NCBI GenBank assembly: GCA_021827925.1
Contig: JAKATZ010000001.1
Span: 1-51,123, forward strand
From: Candidatus Micrarchaeota archaeon
GTDB lineage: Archaea > Micrarchaeota > Micrarchaeia > Micrarchaeales > CABMGC01
Length of the DNA: 51,123 nucleotides
Direction of reading: 5' to 3'
Positions 43,273 through 51,123 of the stretch are shown here, in pieces (position 1 is the stretch's first letter; every line of letters begins with the position of its first letter). Both the position numbers and the translations under genes were made by a program. The notes under the pieces are model-generated. The model saw only the letters and a list, made by a program, of their open reading frames with translations. It made no database searches and was not told the origin of the DNA.

Positions 43273-45258
43273 CTATCCGGCGCTTTTATTGTAGGTTCCC
43301 CATGCAGCGTAATAGTTGATCCCGTTGTAAAGGATGAGTGATGCTGGATTTACAGGCACCGGACTTAAGGCAGGAGTTATGATTGCATGCAGATCGTAAA
43401 CGCCGCGCCCGCTGAGTACGATACGGTTAAGATTTACTCCGCATGGATACTGCACAGCGCAGTTTACGGGATTCGCAGTTATGCTCTGGTTTAGTAATCC
43501 GTATATTCCAGTGCTATAATTGCTCATGCCAACTATGGCGAGGTACACTGTGCTGTTTGACAGGTTCTGGTAGCTGATTCTGGCATCGTATAATGTTGTG
43601 CCATTTTGCGTTTTGAGGCTTTGGTTTGAAACCGAGACAGAGAAGCCCCGTAGGTACGAAGCATGCGAAGAAAATACGAGGTATAGCATCAGGGAAATAA
43701 GGGCAATGAACAGGGCATATGAAAGAGCATAGTTGCGCTTCAGGAAAATCTCGAATATCCCTTTGCCTTCCTTTCTTACCGTTTGCAGCGACGCGATAAA
43801 AAGGAATATGAACGAATAGTAGTAAACGGGATTTGAATGGGAGAGAAATAGGAATGGAATGAAGCTTGCAGCGAATATGAGTTCTTTTTTGTTGGTGTAT
43901 AGCAGTAGAAGCAGGAGTATGAGGGATGTGAGCATGAAAAGCTTGGAGAATGTGTTTAGTAGTATTGGATAGTTATGGACAAGGAAGTACCCTATCATCG
44001 CGGCGCCGTTGGGCATCAGGGGGGAGCTTAGCGGCAGGAACACCGCCCTAAAAAATGCAACAGGGTTCAGAAGTATGAAGTAGGAGTTGAGTGCAAGGAA
44101 AACAAGAGCTGCGCCTATAGCATTGTAGGTTCCCCGTTTAATCCCAAGGTTGTTTGCGGAATAAGCGATGAGGAACACAGCAGGCAGCCATAACTCTTCT
44201 TGGATGGAGCAGGCTACGCCCAAGAGAAGGAATGCATACTTGCTCTCTATTTTTGCATATGCAAAAAGTATCACCGCAAGCATTAAATATGTGGTAAGAG
44301 AGGCGACATTGACCAGCATTATGGTTATGAATAAAAGAAGTGCAACGCTGAATTTTGGAAAGCTTGCCGAACGATCCGCCTGGATGAAGTACGCCAAAAC
44401 CAGCAGCAGCAGGAAGGTAAGGGCTGCAGACTGGAGAGGCATGTATACGTTCCTGAGTTCCATGATGTTTTCAGCCCATAGGTAAAACGGAGCTGAAGAT
44501 AGGAAATAAAGGTCAGGATAATCCATTGTGCCGACGATCCTGTTGGTTGTGGTTATGGTTATGCTCGTGTTTGTGGTATTTACAGAGTCTGAAGCGTAAA
44601 GAAGGCCAGATATCGAGCTGTTGTAGGGGTTTATCCCGTGCTGGATTCCCTTTATTGCAGTGTAAGATAGTAGGACCTCGTCGTCCGGATTCGTATAGCC
44701 GCTGAAAGCCAGATGCGATACATAGAAGGTAAGCAATACGGCCAGCAGCGCAACAATTGCGATGCTGCCGTAAAGTGCATGGCCTTGTTTTATCAGATAT
44801 AGGCCCATGTACGAAAGGAACAGGATCAAAGCTGAAAGTAGCGCGTATACAAGGTAGTATGAGATTCCCTTGAGTGCGGTGAGCAGAAAGAATATGGTTA
44901 AGATGGAAGGGCTGTACGCAAACAGCGAAAAGTAGAGCAGTATTAATGCTGCAAAGTAGATATGGCACCCGAGGCCGAAGAGACGGTCCTTTCTGCTATC
45001 GCGATATATCAGGTAGAAAAGAATGAAGAACGTGAATACTACAGAGTACAGGAAGGATATTGCGACTATGCTTTTTGAAAAATAAGAGGAGATATCCCAC
45101 AATAACAGAGAAAGGAATAGGAAAGCAGCGCAAGCGAGCTCCGCGTATGCTATTGCACCCCTGCTTCTAATAAAGAGATTCTGGAGAAAATGGCGGACTG
45201 AATCTACCCGAAAACGCGCCTTCTTGCATTGTAGCAGAAAGATACGGATATTAAGCAA
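43273..45258 (-). CDS. Large polytopic membrane protein with a C-terminal extracellular beta-rich domain (possible GT-C-type glycosyltransferase)
   Basis: There are more than 12 hydrophobic helices, then a sequon-rich tail of about 110 aa. The start codon is uncertain. Confidence 0.5.
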   Translation of the reverse strand: MLNIRIFLLQCKKARFRVDSVRHFLQNLFIRSRGAIAYAELACAAFLFLSLLLWDISSYFSKSIVAISFLYSVVFTFFILFYLIYRDSRKDRLFGLGCHIYFAALILLYFSLFAYSPSILTIFFLLTALKGISYYLVYALLSALILFLSYMGLYLIKQGHALYGSIAIVALLAVLLTFYVSHLAFSGYTNPDDEVLLSYTAIKGIQHGINPYNSSISGLLYASDSVNTTNTSITITTTNRIVGTMDYPDLYFLSSAPFYLWAENIMELRNVYMPLQSAALTFLLLLVLAYFIQADRSASFPKFSVALLLFITIMLVNVASLTTYLMLAVILFAYAKIESKYAFLLLGVACSIQEELWLPAVFLIAYSANNLGIKRGTYNAIGAALVFLALNSYFILLNPVAFFRAVFLPLSSPLMPNGAAMIGYFLVHNYPILLNTFSKLFMLTSLILLLLLLYTNKKELIFAASFIPFLFLSHSNPVYYYSFIFLFIASLQTVRKEGKGIFEIFLKRNYALSYALFIALISLMLYLVFSSHASYLRGFSVSVSNQSLKTQNGTTLYDARISYQNLSNSTVYLAIVGMSNYSTGIYGLLNQSITANPVNCAVQYPCGVNLNRIVLSGRGVYDLHAIITPALSPVPVNPASLILYNGINYYAAWGTYNKSAG

Positions 45259-45318
45259 TGTAGGAGCTTAAGGCCCAAAATAAAAGAAAAGGGCCCAATC
45301 AAACACCATTAGAGACGA

Positions 45319-45708
45319 TTACGGGCAGAGTGACGCACTGAACGTCGTTACTCCAGGCTCTGTGCCAGACTGGAATCCGGCTATAACGTCTATTATATGC
45401 GGCGCGAGTATGTAGAGTATAAGCGCTACAACGCCTGCGACGAGCATTCCCATGCCCCATCCCTGCATTCCAGCCCTAAGGTTTCCTGCAGCAGGAAGGA
45501 AGTGCGCTACAGCGTAGAGTACTCCCCCTAGTATGAAGAGCATCAGAGCAAGTATGCCTATTATGAGGCCTATTGCTTTTATTATACCGCATATGGTGGA
45601 TGTCAGAGTTACTGTTGCAGCTGCGCTGGCGGCAGATACGAAGTAGCTGCTTACCATGCCCGAGATCGCTATCAAGTACATTACAAACCGTATTTTTTGC
45701 AGGTTCAT
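45319..45708 (-). CDS. Small two-TM secreted membrane protein with TrbC/VirB2-pilin-like architecture
   Basis: A signal peptide ends in AASA. It is followed by TSTICGIIKAIGLIIGILALMLFILGG, a short loop, and GMGMLVAGVVALILYILAPHIIDVIAG. Confidence 0.4.
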   Translation of the reverse strand: MNLQKIRFVMYLIAISGMVSSYFVSAASAAATVTLTSTICGIIKAIGLIIGILALMLFILGGVLYAVAHFLPAAGNLRAGMQGWGMGMLVAGVVALILYILAPHIIDVIAGFQSGTEPGVTTFSASLCP

Positions 45709-45812
45709 GTTATCTCCTTTAGAAGAGTGATCTCCATATGGTTTGAAATGCTTTAAATACCTTTTCAGATACCTATAAAAACCATTTTATTTGTGGAAAT
45801 TTAGGAAGAGGG

Positions 45813-46754
45813 TCACTTTACGGATGCTATTATGCCGTCTATGACTCCTTTTACGCCTATGCCGCCTGTTGAACGCACAGTAATCCTGTGACTTAATACC
45901 GGCCTCGCGAGGAATTTTATGTCTTCGCGGCTTACCTCCTTCCTCCCTTCGATCAGCGCCTTTGCCTTGGCGCACTGCATGAATGCTATGTCGGCCCTAG
46001 GACTTGCGCCCATGACAACGTGCATCTCTGTGCGTGTAGCAGCGACAACGCGCGTTATATAAGCCGCCACGTCATCAGGCAGGCTTACGCCTGCGGCTTC
46101 ACGCTGCATTGCAAGTATGTCATCGGTTGAGAGTACCCTGTTTATCCCAGAATATGTGTTGGATTCCTTAAGCCGGAGCATCTGCTGCTCCTCCTCAGGG
46201 CTCGGATAGTCGACATCGATCTTCATCAGGAATCTGTCGGCGAGAACCTTGGGCAATGGCTCAGTGCCCTCGATCTTGAGAGGATTTTGGGTTGCAAAGG
46301 CAGTGAACGGCCTTGGCAGCGCCATAGTCTCACCTCCGGCAGTGACCTGGCGCTCCTCAAGACTCTCGAGAAGGGCGCTCATCGTCTTCGGCTGCGTCCT
46401 GTTTAGCTCGTCTATTAGCAGTATGTTAGTAAAAACTGGGCCCTTGCTGAACTTCACTTCCTTTGATTCGTCAATGTACGTGTATCCAAGTATATCCTTT
46501 GGTTCCAGGTCAGGGGTTCCTTGTATCCTCTTGAAGTCTGCGTTTATCGCCTCTGCGAGTGACTTTGTCATTGTTGTCTTTGCAAGCCCCGGAGCTCCTT
46601 CTAGCAGTACATGGCCATCGGCAATGAGCCCTATAAAGAGCAGCTCAAGGGTTTCGGCCTTTCCTGCTATTCTCTTCCTGAGCTCACGCATCACGCCGCT
46701 ATAGGCCGCGTTGGCATCCATCAATACCACTGATTCCCTTATCTTATCCAGCAA
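45813..46754 (-). CDS. MoxR-type AAA+ ATPase
   Basis: Walker A is GAPGLAKT and Walker B is LLIDELNR. The protein is 313 aa. Confidence 0.85.
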   Translation of the reverse strand: MLDKIRESVVLMDANAAYSGVMRELRKRIAGKAETLELLFIGLIADGHVLLEGAPGLAKTTMTKSLAEAINADFKRIQGTPDLEPKDILGYTYIDESKEVKFSKGPVFTNILLIDELNRTQPKTMSALLESLEERQVTAGGETMALPRPFTAFATQNPLKIEGTEPLPKVLADRFLMKIDVDYPSPEEEQQMLRLKESNTYSGINRVLSTDDILAMQREAAGVSLPDDVAAYITRVVAATRTEMHVVMGASPRADIAFMQCAKAKALIEGRKEVSREDIKFLARPVLSHRITVRSTGGIGVKGVIDGIIASVK

Positions 46755-46799
46755 AAGGTTTATAATATGGCATATAGATATAATTAGAGGTGCTATTCG

Positions 46800-47138
46800 A
46801 TGATAGGCAAAGAGGCTAAGCTTGAGAGGCTTGCCAGCATACCAGAGGTGCTCGAGGTTCTCGAGGCCAGGAAAGAGGGCGGCGAGCTTGGCTACGAACA
46901 GCAGCTTGCCTATGAATACGCAAAGAAATTCTCTAAAGTGGAGGGCAAGGATGCACGCACTATGGGCAAGGAGCTTGAAGAGCTTGGGCTTAGCGCAAAG
47001 ACGGCAGTAGCTATAGTCAACGTAATGCCGCTGGAGATGATGCAGCTTAAGCAGATACTTGCAAATGAGAAGAAGGAAGTGGGAGAGGACGTAGCTGCCA
47101 AGGCAATGGCAGTTATAGAACAGCGCAGGGGAAAGTAA
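46800..47138 (+). CDS. rpoF: DNA-directed RNA polymerase subunit Rpo4 (F)
   Basis: The size, the pattern PEVLEVLEARKE..YEQQLAYEYAKKF, and the conserved adjacency to a DUF655 gene all support the call. Confidence 0.75.
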   Translation: MIGKEAKLERLASIPEVLEVLEARKEGGELGYEQQLAYEYAKKFSKVEGKDARTMGKELEELGLSAKTAVAIVNVMPLEMMQLKQILANEKKEVGEDVAAKAMAVIEQRRGK

Positions 47139-47162
47139 GGTGCAGCTTCTTGGGGGATATTC

Positions 47163-47747
47163 ATGCAGGAGGGAGAGTACAAGAGAGAGGATCTTGAAGA
47201 ATACGCGCTAGTCCTAGATTACCTTCCTACCGGGAAATCCTTCTCGATAAAATCTGAGCCTGTTGTGCAGATGCTTGGGGAAACAAGGTTTACGCTTCTT
47301 GAGGCAGTGCCAAAGGTACAGGAGATAAAGATTGGCGAGAGGATATACATAGGAAGGGGAGTCAGGGAGAAGATCTCGCTCATACGAGGAAGGCTTAGCT
47401 ATGAAAATCTTACGGAGGGATCCAGGAACGAGCTGCCGAATGCCATAAGCACAGTAATAAAAGGGAACGAGGCGCGCTTTGTCAGCTTCTTCAACAGTGC
47501 ATCGCCGCTAAACATAAGGATGCATTCCCTTGAGCTGCTGCCAGGAGTAGGAAAGAAGCATCTTGAAGCCATACTCGAGGCGAGGGACCAGAAGGACTTC
47601 GAGAGCTTTGCAGACATAGCAGCGAGGGTGCCTCTGCTCCAGGATCCGGTCAAACTTCTTACAGAAAGAGTGCTTATTGAACTGAAAGGGGATACAAGGT
47701 TCTATATACTGGCGAGGCCGCCGCATCTCAAGCATGACTTCGCGTGA
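47163..47747 (+). CDS. DUF655 (COG1491-type) putative RNA-binding protein
   Basis: The EEYALVLDYLPTGKS start and a C-terminal HhH-like segment are present. It is the typical neighbour of rpoF. Confidence 0.7.
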   Translation: MQEGEYKREDLEEYALVLDYLPTGKSFSIKSEPVVQMLGETRFTLLEAVPKVQEIKIGERIYIGRGVREKISLIRGRLSYENLTEGSRNELPNAISTVIKGNEARFVSFFNSASPLNIRMHSLELLPGVGKKHLEAILEARDQKDFESFADIAARVPLLQDPVKLLTERVLIELKGDTRFYILARPPHLKHDFA

Positions 47748-47772
47748 ATAAGAAAAGGCTTACCATACGAAT

Positions 47773-48234
47773 TTGCAAGATGTTTTTGTGCAGATAAGGA
47801 TAACAGCAGAGAAAAGAGAGGAGATTAGCAGGGGTATAGAAGCAATAAAGAGCCTTGGCAGCGATAGGCCGTCCTACCTCCCGCTCATCAGGTCCGGCAT
47901 CTCTGCCATCTGCATGGCACTGAGGGGTGGAATTGAAGAGGCACTTTCAAGAAGAATAGCAGGAGAGGGGGGCGGGGCTCTTGAAAAGCTGCGCAGAGGC
48001 GAGTACGGACCCGATGACGCCTTTGCAGACGTTGTGATGTGCTTCAGGAAGGCAGCGGCTGCGGAGCTTAGAAAAGTCGGAAGGAAGCATGGAATGACAA
48101 AGGAAGAAGTAGAAAGGCTTGGCTCGCATCTCAGCTCAATGCTCGATATGGAAGCGAGAGTCGCATGTGAAAATGTCCTAAGGAGGAAGGAAGACCTTGC
48201 ACGCCATGCATCTAAGGAACAGAATAGCCATTGA
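47773..48234 (+). CDS. Hypothetical protein
   Basis: This rests on the ORF alone. Its 3' end overlaps the convergent pilin-like gene. Confidence 0.35.
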   Translation: MQDVFVQIRITAEKREEISRGIEAIKSLGSDRPSYLPLIRSGISAICMALRGGIEEALSRRIAGEGGGALEKLRRGEYGPDDAFADVVMCFRKAAAAELRKVGRKHGMTKEEVERLGSHLSSMLDMEARVACENVLRRKEDLARHASKEQNSH

Positions 48235-49144
48235 GCCAAGATCCTGTGAACACCACATTGCTTGGATTCCCGGTTTCCCCATTTCCCGAATAGTCATAGG
48301 TATTTCCGTTCAGAGGCCACCAGCCGAGGAGGTTCTGCAGATTTACAGGCGAACCCCCTATGCCTTCGCTATATAGAGTGGCTATCGCAGTGCCGTCTAG
48401 CGAAGCGTTATAGAATTGCATATTTGAGACCATGCCGTCCATACGCTTGCATGCGCACCATGCCTCCCTTCCTATCTCAAAAGGCTGGCTGGCCCACGAC
48501 CATGCAGTTACGCCGTTTAGGGAGGCCATAGGCTTCCCGTTGATGTAATAAGTCATCGTAAAACCGTTGTAAGTGCCGGCTATGAATACCCACTTGTTCA
48601 GTGGAAAGTATGACGACGAAACATAAATCTGCGCGTTCTGCGCATTGCTGGAACCTTCGCCGATCTGAAAGCCGGCTGTCGAAGAGGTGCGAAAGAGGTG
48701 GAATCCCTGGTAATTGCCCAGGTAGGTGCCCAGTATCATTCCCTGGTCCGTTATCGGCTGGTTTAGATAAACCCACGCTGAGATCGAGAACATAGAGTTT
48801 GAGTTAAGAAGCGCTGATGAGGGTATCTGTATATAGGATCCGATATTTGGATTGAAGCCTGTCACTGTTTCAGGTATTTCACCGTTGCATACTCCCTGCA
48901 AGCTGATATCTTCTAGGCTTTGAGGGCCTTGTGGCCTGTGCACGGAGCACGCGCCAGGAGCCGACCTTGGAGCGAAAGTGAGCGGATTGAAAACCCCAAG
49001 ATAGGAAAGAGCTGCAAGCACTATGGTTATAATAAGCACAGCCCAGCCGTAGGTAAGCAAGTATTCCATCGCCGACTGGGCCTTTTTGCTGCGCAGAATG
49101 CTCATGTCATACCACACCGGGATAAGAACCAGGTAGAGATGCAC
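48212..49144 (-). CDS. Class III signal peptide / LamG-like protein, paralogue 3
   Basis: The family motifs are KKAQSAMEYLLTYGWAVLIITIVL, FSISAWVY, VSNMQFYNASLDGTAIATLY and WWPLNGNTYDYSGNGETG. The likely start is at about 49105 (MSILRSKKAQ). Confidence 0.7.
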   Translation of the reverse strand: MHLYLVLIPVWYDMSILRSKKAQSAMEYLLTYGWAVLIITIVLAALSYLGVFNPLTFAPRSAPGACSVHRPQGPQSLEDISLQGVCNGEIPETVTGFNPNIGSYIQIPSSALLNSNSMFSISAWVYLNQPITDQGMILGTYLGNYQGFHLFRTSSTAGFQIGEGSSNAQNAQIYVSSSYFPLNKWVFIAGTYNGFTMTYYINGKPMASLNGVTAWSWASQPFEIGREAWCACKRMDGMVSNMQFYNASLDGTAIATLYSEGIGGSPVNLQNLLGWWPLNGNTYDYSGNGETGNPSNVVFTGSWLNGYSVP

Positions 49145-49195
49145 TTAGGGGAATAAAAGCCTTTTGAAGGAATAGAACCGGGATGGCAGGAATTA

Positions 49196-49486
49196 TCATC
49201 GTGCGAGTTCAAGATGCCTCTGCGGCACTATGACCTGCCTTTTCATGGATTTTGAGACATCGAACTCGACAACATAAGCAGAGCCTCTCTTTTCTACTAT
49301 CTTTCCTATCCTGCCGCGGTATCTTGGATGGGGAATGTCACGGAAGTTACCCTTCGGAGTTATTACGACCATGCTTCCCAGATCCAGCCGCTTAACCAGA
49401 GAGGGTATGCCAAGGCTTGAAGGCTTGTTGTGCCTAGCCAAGTGTCTGCTTCTGCCAGAGAAAAGACCGTGTGAACGCTGCGACAT
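49196..49486 (-). CDS. rpl21e: Ribosomal protein L21e
   Basis: The protein is 96 aa with an SH3-like pattern, HPRYRGRIGKIVEKRGSAYVVEF. Confidence 0.85.
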   Translation of the reverse strand: MSQRSHGLFSGRSRHLARHNKPSSLGIPSLVKRLDLGSMVVITPKGNFRDIPHPRYRGRIGKIVEKRGSAYVVEFDVSKSMKRQVIVPQRHLELAR

Positions 49487-49585
49487 CTGCTCAACTCAAA
49501 ATCCAACATCAGATTGATGCATATCATTTATAGAAAAACATATAAATACCCTTTCATTGTATCATAACTGTTCCATAGTGGTTTG

Positions 49586-49903
49586 ATGAGCACTTCGGCT
49601 AAGCACAAAGGGATAACCCTCCATCCTGAATTCAAGATAGAGAACATTGTGGCGAGCGCAGACCTGGGAGTAGAACTTGACCTTTACGCGATAGCCAAAG
49701 CTTCTGCGGATGTGGACTACGAACCGGAACAGTTCCCTGGGGCTATATACAAGATCCATGACCCCAAGACGGCGCTCCTTCTTTTCAAGAATGGCAAGAT
49801 AATATGCACTGGTTCTAAGACTGAAGAAGACATAAAGAGAGCTATAGACCAGACCATCAAGACAGTGAAGAAGTTCGTGATAGTAAGGGATACTGCTTCC
49901 TGA
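49586..49903 (+). CDS. Single-repeat TATA-box-binding-protein-like protein (about 105 aa, half the size of a canonical TBP)
   Basis: KIENIVASADLGVELDL, YEPEQFPGAIYKI, PKTALLLFKNGKIICTGSKTEEDIKRAI are TBP repeat hallmarks. Only one repeat is present before the stop. TATA-like CATATAAATA lies about 40 nt upstream. Confidence 0.7.
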   Translation: MSTSAKHKGITLHPEFKIENIVASADLGVELDLYAIAKASADVDYEPEQFPGAIYKIHDPKTALLLFKNGKIICTGSKTEEDIKRAIDQTIKTVKKFVIVRDTAS

Positions 49904-49988
49904 AAGTTCAGACGCTTTCTGCTACTAGTTTTTCTGCTTGCTAGCTTTGCACAGCAGCTTCAGGCACAGAAGATTGTAGTGTAGTTGC

Positions 49989-51123
49989 TCATGTACAGAG
50001 AGCATAATACCACTGCCCGGTCGCTGTGTTCGGCACAGCCTCGCAGGTTCCCGTGCATGAAGGATACCCTGCACTGTAGCAGGTTGTACAGCTAACGGAG
50101 TCGCATTGGGGTATAGTAGTTGTGGATGTTGATACCGATGTCGTACTTGAGGCAGTTGTAGTTGAAGTCGACTGGCAGCTTACCTGTACTGTCGCCTGAC
50201 CATATACAGCACTGTAGTCAGTTCCAACGGTACAGGTTCCTGCGACATTGTTATTGCACACAGGCGATGTACCCCCCTGCGCAGTCGAACCGTAAGTGTA
50301 GCAGCCCCACACAGCATAGGTTCCGGTCGGGTTGCTGGAGCAGGAAGTGGACTCGGAGCTGCATCCTGTCGCACCAGTTGCAAGGACAGGACACTGTATT
50401 CCAGGATACGTGGATCCTCCCTCATAGCATACTCCAGCGGTCAGCGGGGGAGTAGGACACGTATTAGACTCTGCGACATTAGGCGTGCAGCCGCACCCTG
50501 GAACAGAGCATCCAGTGAAAGGAGAGTAATACTGATTTTCTACCCCTCCTATTCCGAAACTTGATGTCCATTCAGTGTAGAACGAACCGCCTCCGCCTCC
50601 AGACACGCTTGTGGTCGTACTGACAGTGGTGGAGGTGGTTGATAGTGTGGAGGTGAATTCAGCCACAACAGTCACAGGACTGTCCATAGTTACTGTGACT
50701 GTGCTTGTAGTGTAGGTATTCATGCCGGATCCCGTTGTCACGACCCAGTCGGAGAAGCCGTAGCCTGCACTTGCAGACTGCGTAACTGTCACCTGCGTTC
50801 CGTAGCTATAGGTGCCGCTGCCCGGCGAAACAGTACCGCCAGTGCTTGGACTCGCGGAAGTATCAAGGGATTCGGAGAGCAGCTGAAACGCCGCAGTCTC
50901 CACAGTAGGACCCGTTATGGTTATAGTAGGAGAAGCGCTTGTGCCGGAGTAGCAGCCCGGACCGGAGCATGTCCATCCGGTGAACTCGTATCCGGTCGCA
51001 GGGGTCTCTCCGAGCGTTATCGAGCTGCCGTAGCTGTACGTTCCGCTGCCCGGGGAGACCGTGCCTCCTGAAGCAGGCACGGCATTTTCTGTGAACGATT
51101 CGGGTATTAGCTGGAAGTTGGCG
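49989..51123 (-). CDS. Secreted repeat protein with InlB-B-repeat-like units, Thr/Ser linkers and Cys-rich modules; the 5' end runs off the window
   Basis: There are two units of about 80 aa: GGTVSPGSGTYSYGSSITLGETPATGYEFTGWT and GGTVSPGSGTYSYGTQVTVTQSASAGYGFSDWV. T/S-rich linkers separate two Cys-rich segments. The reading frame stays open to 51123. Confidence 0.65.
   Translation of the reverse strand, partial: ANFQLIPESFTENAVPASGGTVSPGSGTYSYGSSITLGETPATGYEFTGWTCSGPGCYSGTSASPTITITGPTVETAAFQLLSESLDTSASPSTGGTVSPGSGTYSYGTQVTVTQSASAGYGFSDWVVTTGSGMNTYTTSTVTVTMDSPVTVVAEFTSTLSTTSTTVSTTTSVSGGGGGSFYTEWTSSFGIGGVENQYYSPFTGCSVPGCGCTPNVAESNTCPTPPLTAGVCYEGGSTYPGIQCPVLATGATGCSSESTSCSSNPTGTYAVWGCYTYGSTAQGGTSPVCNNNVAGTCTVGTDYSAVYGQATVQVSCQSTSTTTASSTTSVSTSTTTIPQCDSVSCTTCYSAGYPSCTGTCEAVPNTATGQWYYALCT

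Noticed and set aside
45319-46754. MoxR ATPase plus VirB2-like protein as a Ced/Ted-type DNA transport unit
   Set aside because: MoxR is a chaperone-type AAA+ protein, not a VirB4/HerA-type translocation ATPase, and no VirB6-like partner is identifiable. The adjacency alone is not evidence.

Overview
This is an archaeal chromosomal window. Supporting genes are an archaeal-type S-adenosylmethionine synthetase, Pelota, Rpo4/RpoF, ribosomal protein L21e, a TBP-like gene, several class III (type IV pilin-like) signal peptides, and a tRNA with an intron at position 37/38. The lineage cannot be fixed from sequence alone. The left ~5.6 kb is, by eye, much more AT-rich than the rest and looks like an integrated accessory or defence island. 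It carries a tyrosine integrase whose start codon lies inside a tRNA 3'-half-like fragment, and a block of CATGTAGAGA iterons. It also carries a 4-TM protein, a TIR-domain protein with a C-terminal membrane anchor, and a single-chain Type IIG restriction-modification enzyme. That enzyme runs off the window edge and is absent from the supplied ORF track. I rank the TIR plus membrane-protein pair as the best candidate for an undescribed system. The remainder is mostly housekeeping: mat, carAB, scpAB, msrAB, ksgA, pelota, rpoF with a DUF655 gene, L21e, a P-type ATPase, transporters and dehydrogenases. Several oddities are interspersed. Three paralogous pilin-like proteins have a LamG-type jelly roll that appears circularly permuted. 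A 46-aa metallothionein-like Cys-rich micro-ORF is translationally coupled to pelota. A single-repeat (half-size) TBP is present. There are also a VirB2/TrbC-like small membrane protein, a membrane glycosylation cluster, an integrase remnant, and a promoter-bearing ~230-nt non-coding gap. All family assignments come from motif recognition by eye and memory, and no searches were run. Most other ORFs in the track are antisense or overlapping artefacts inside the genes listed.
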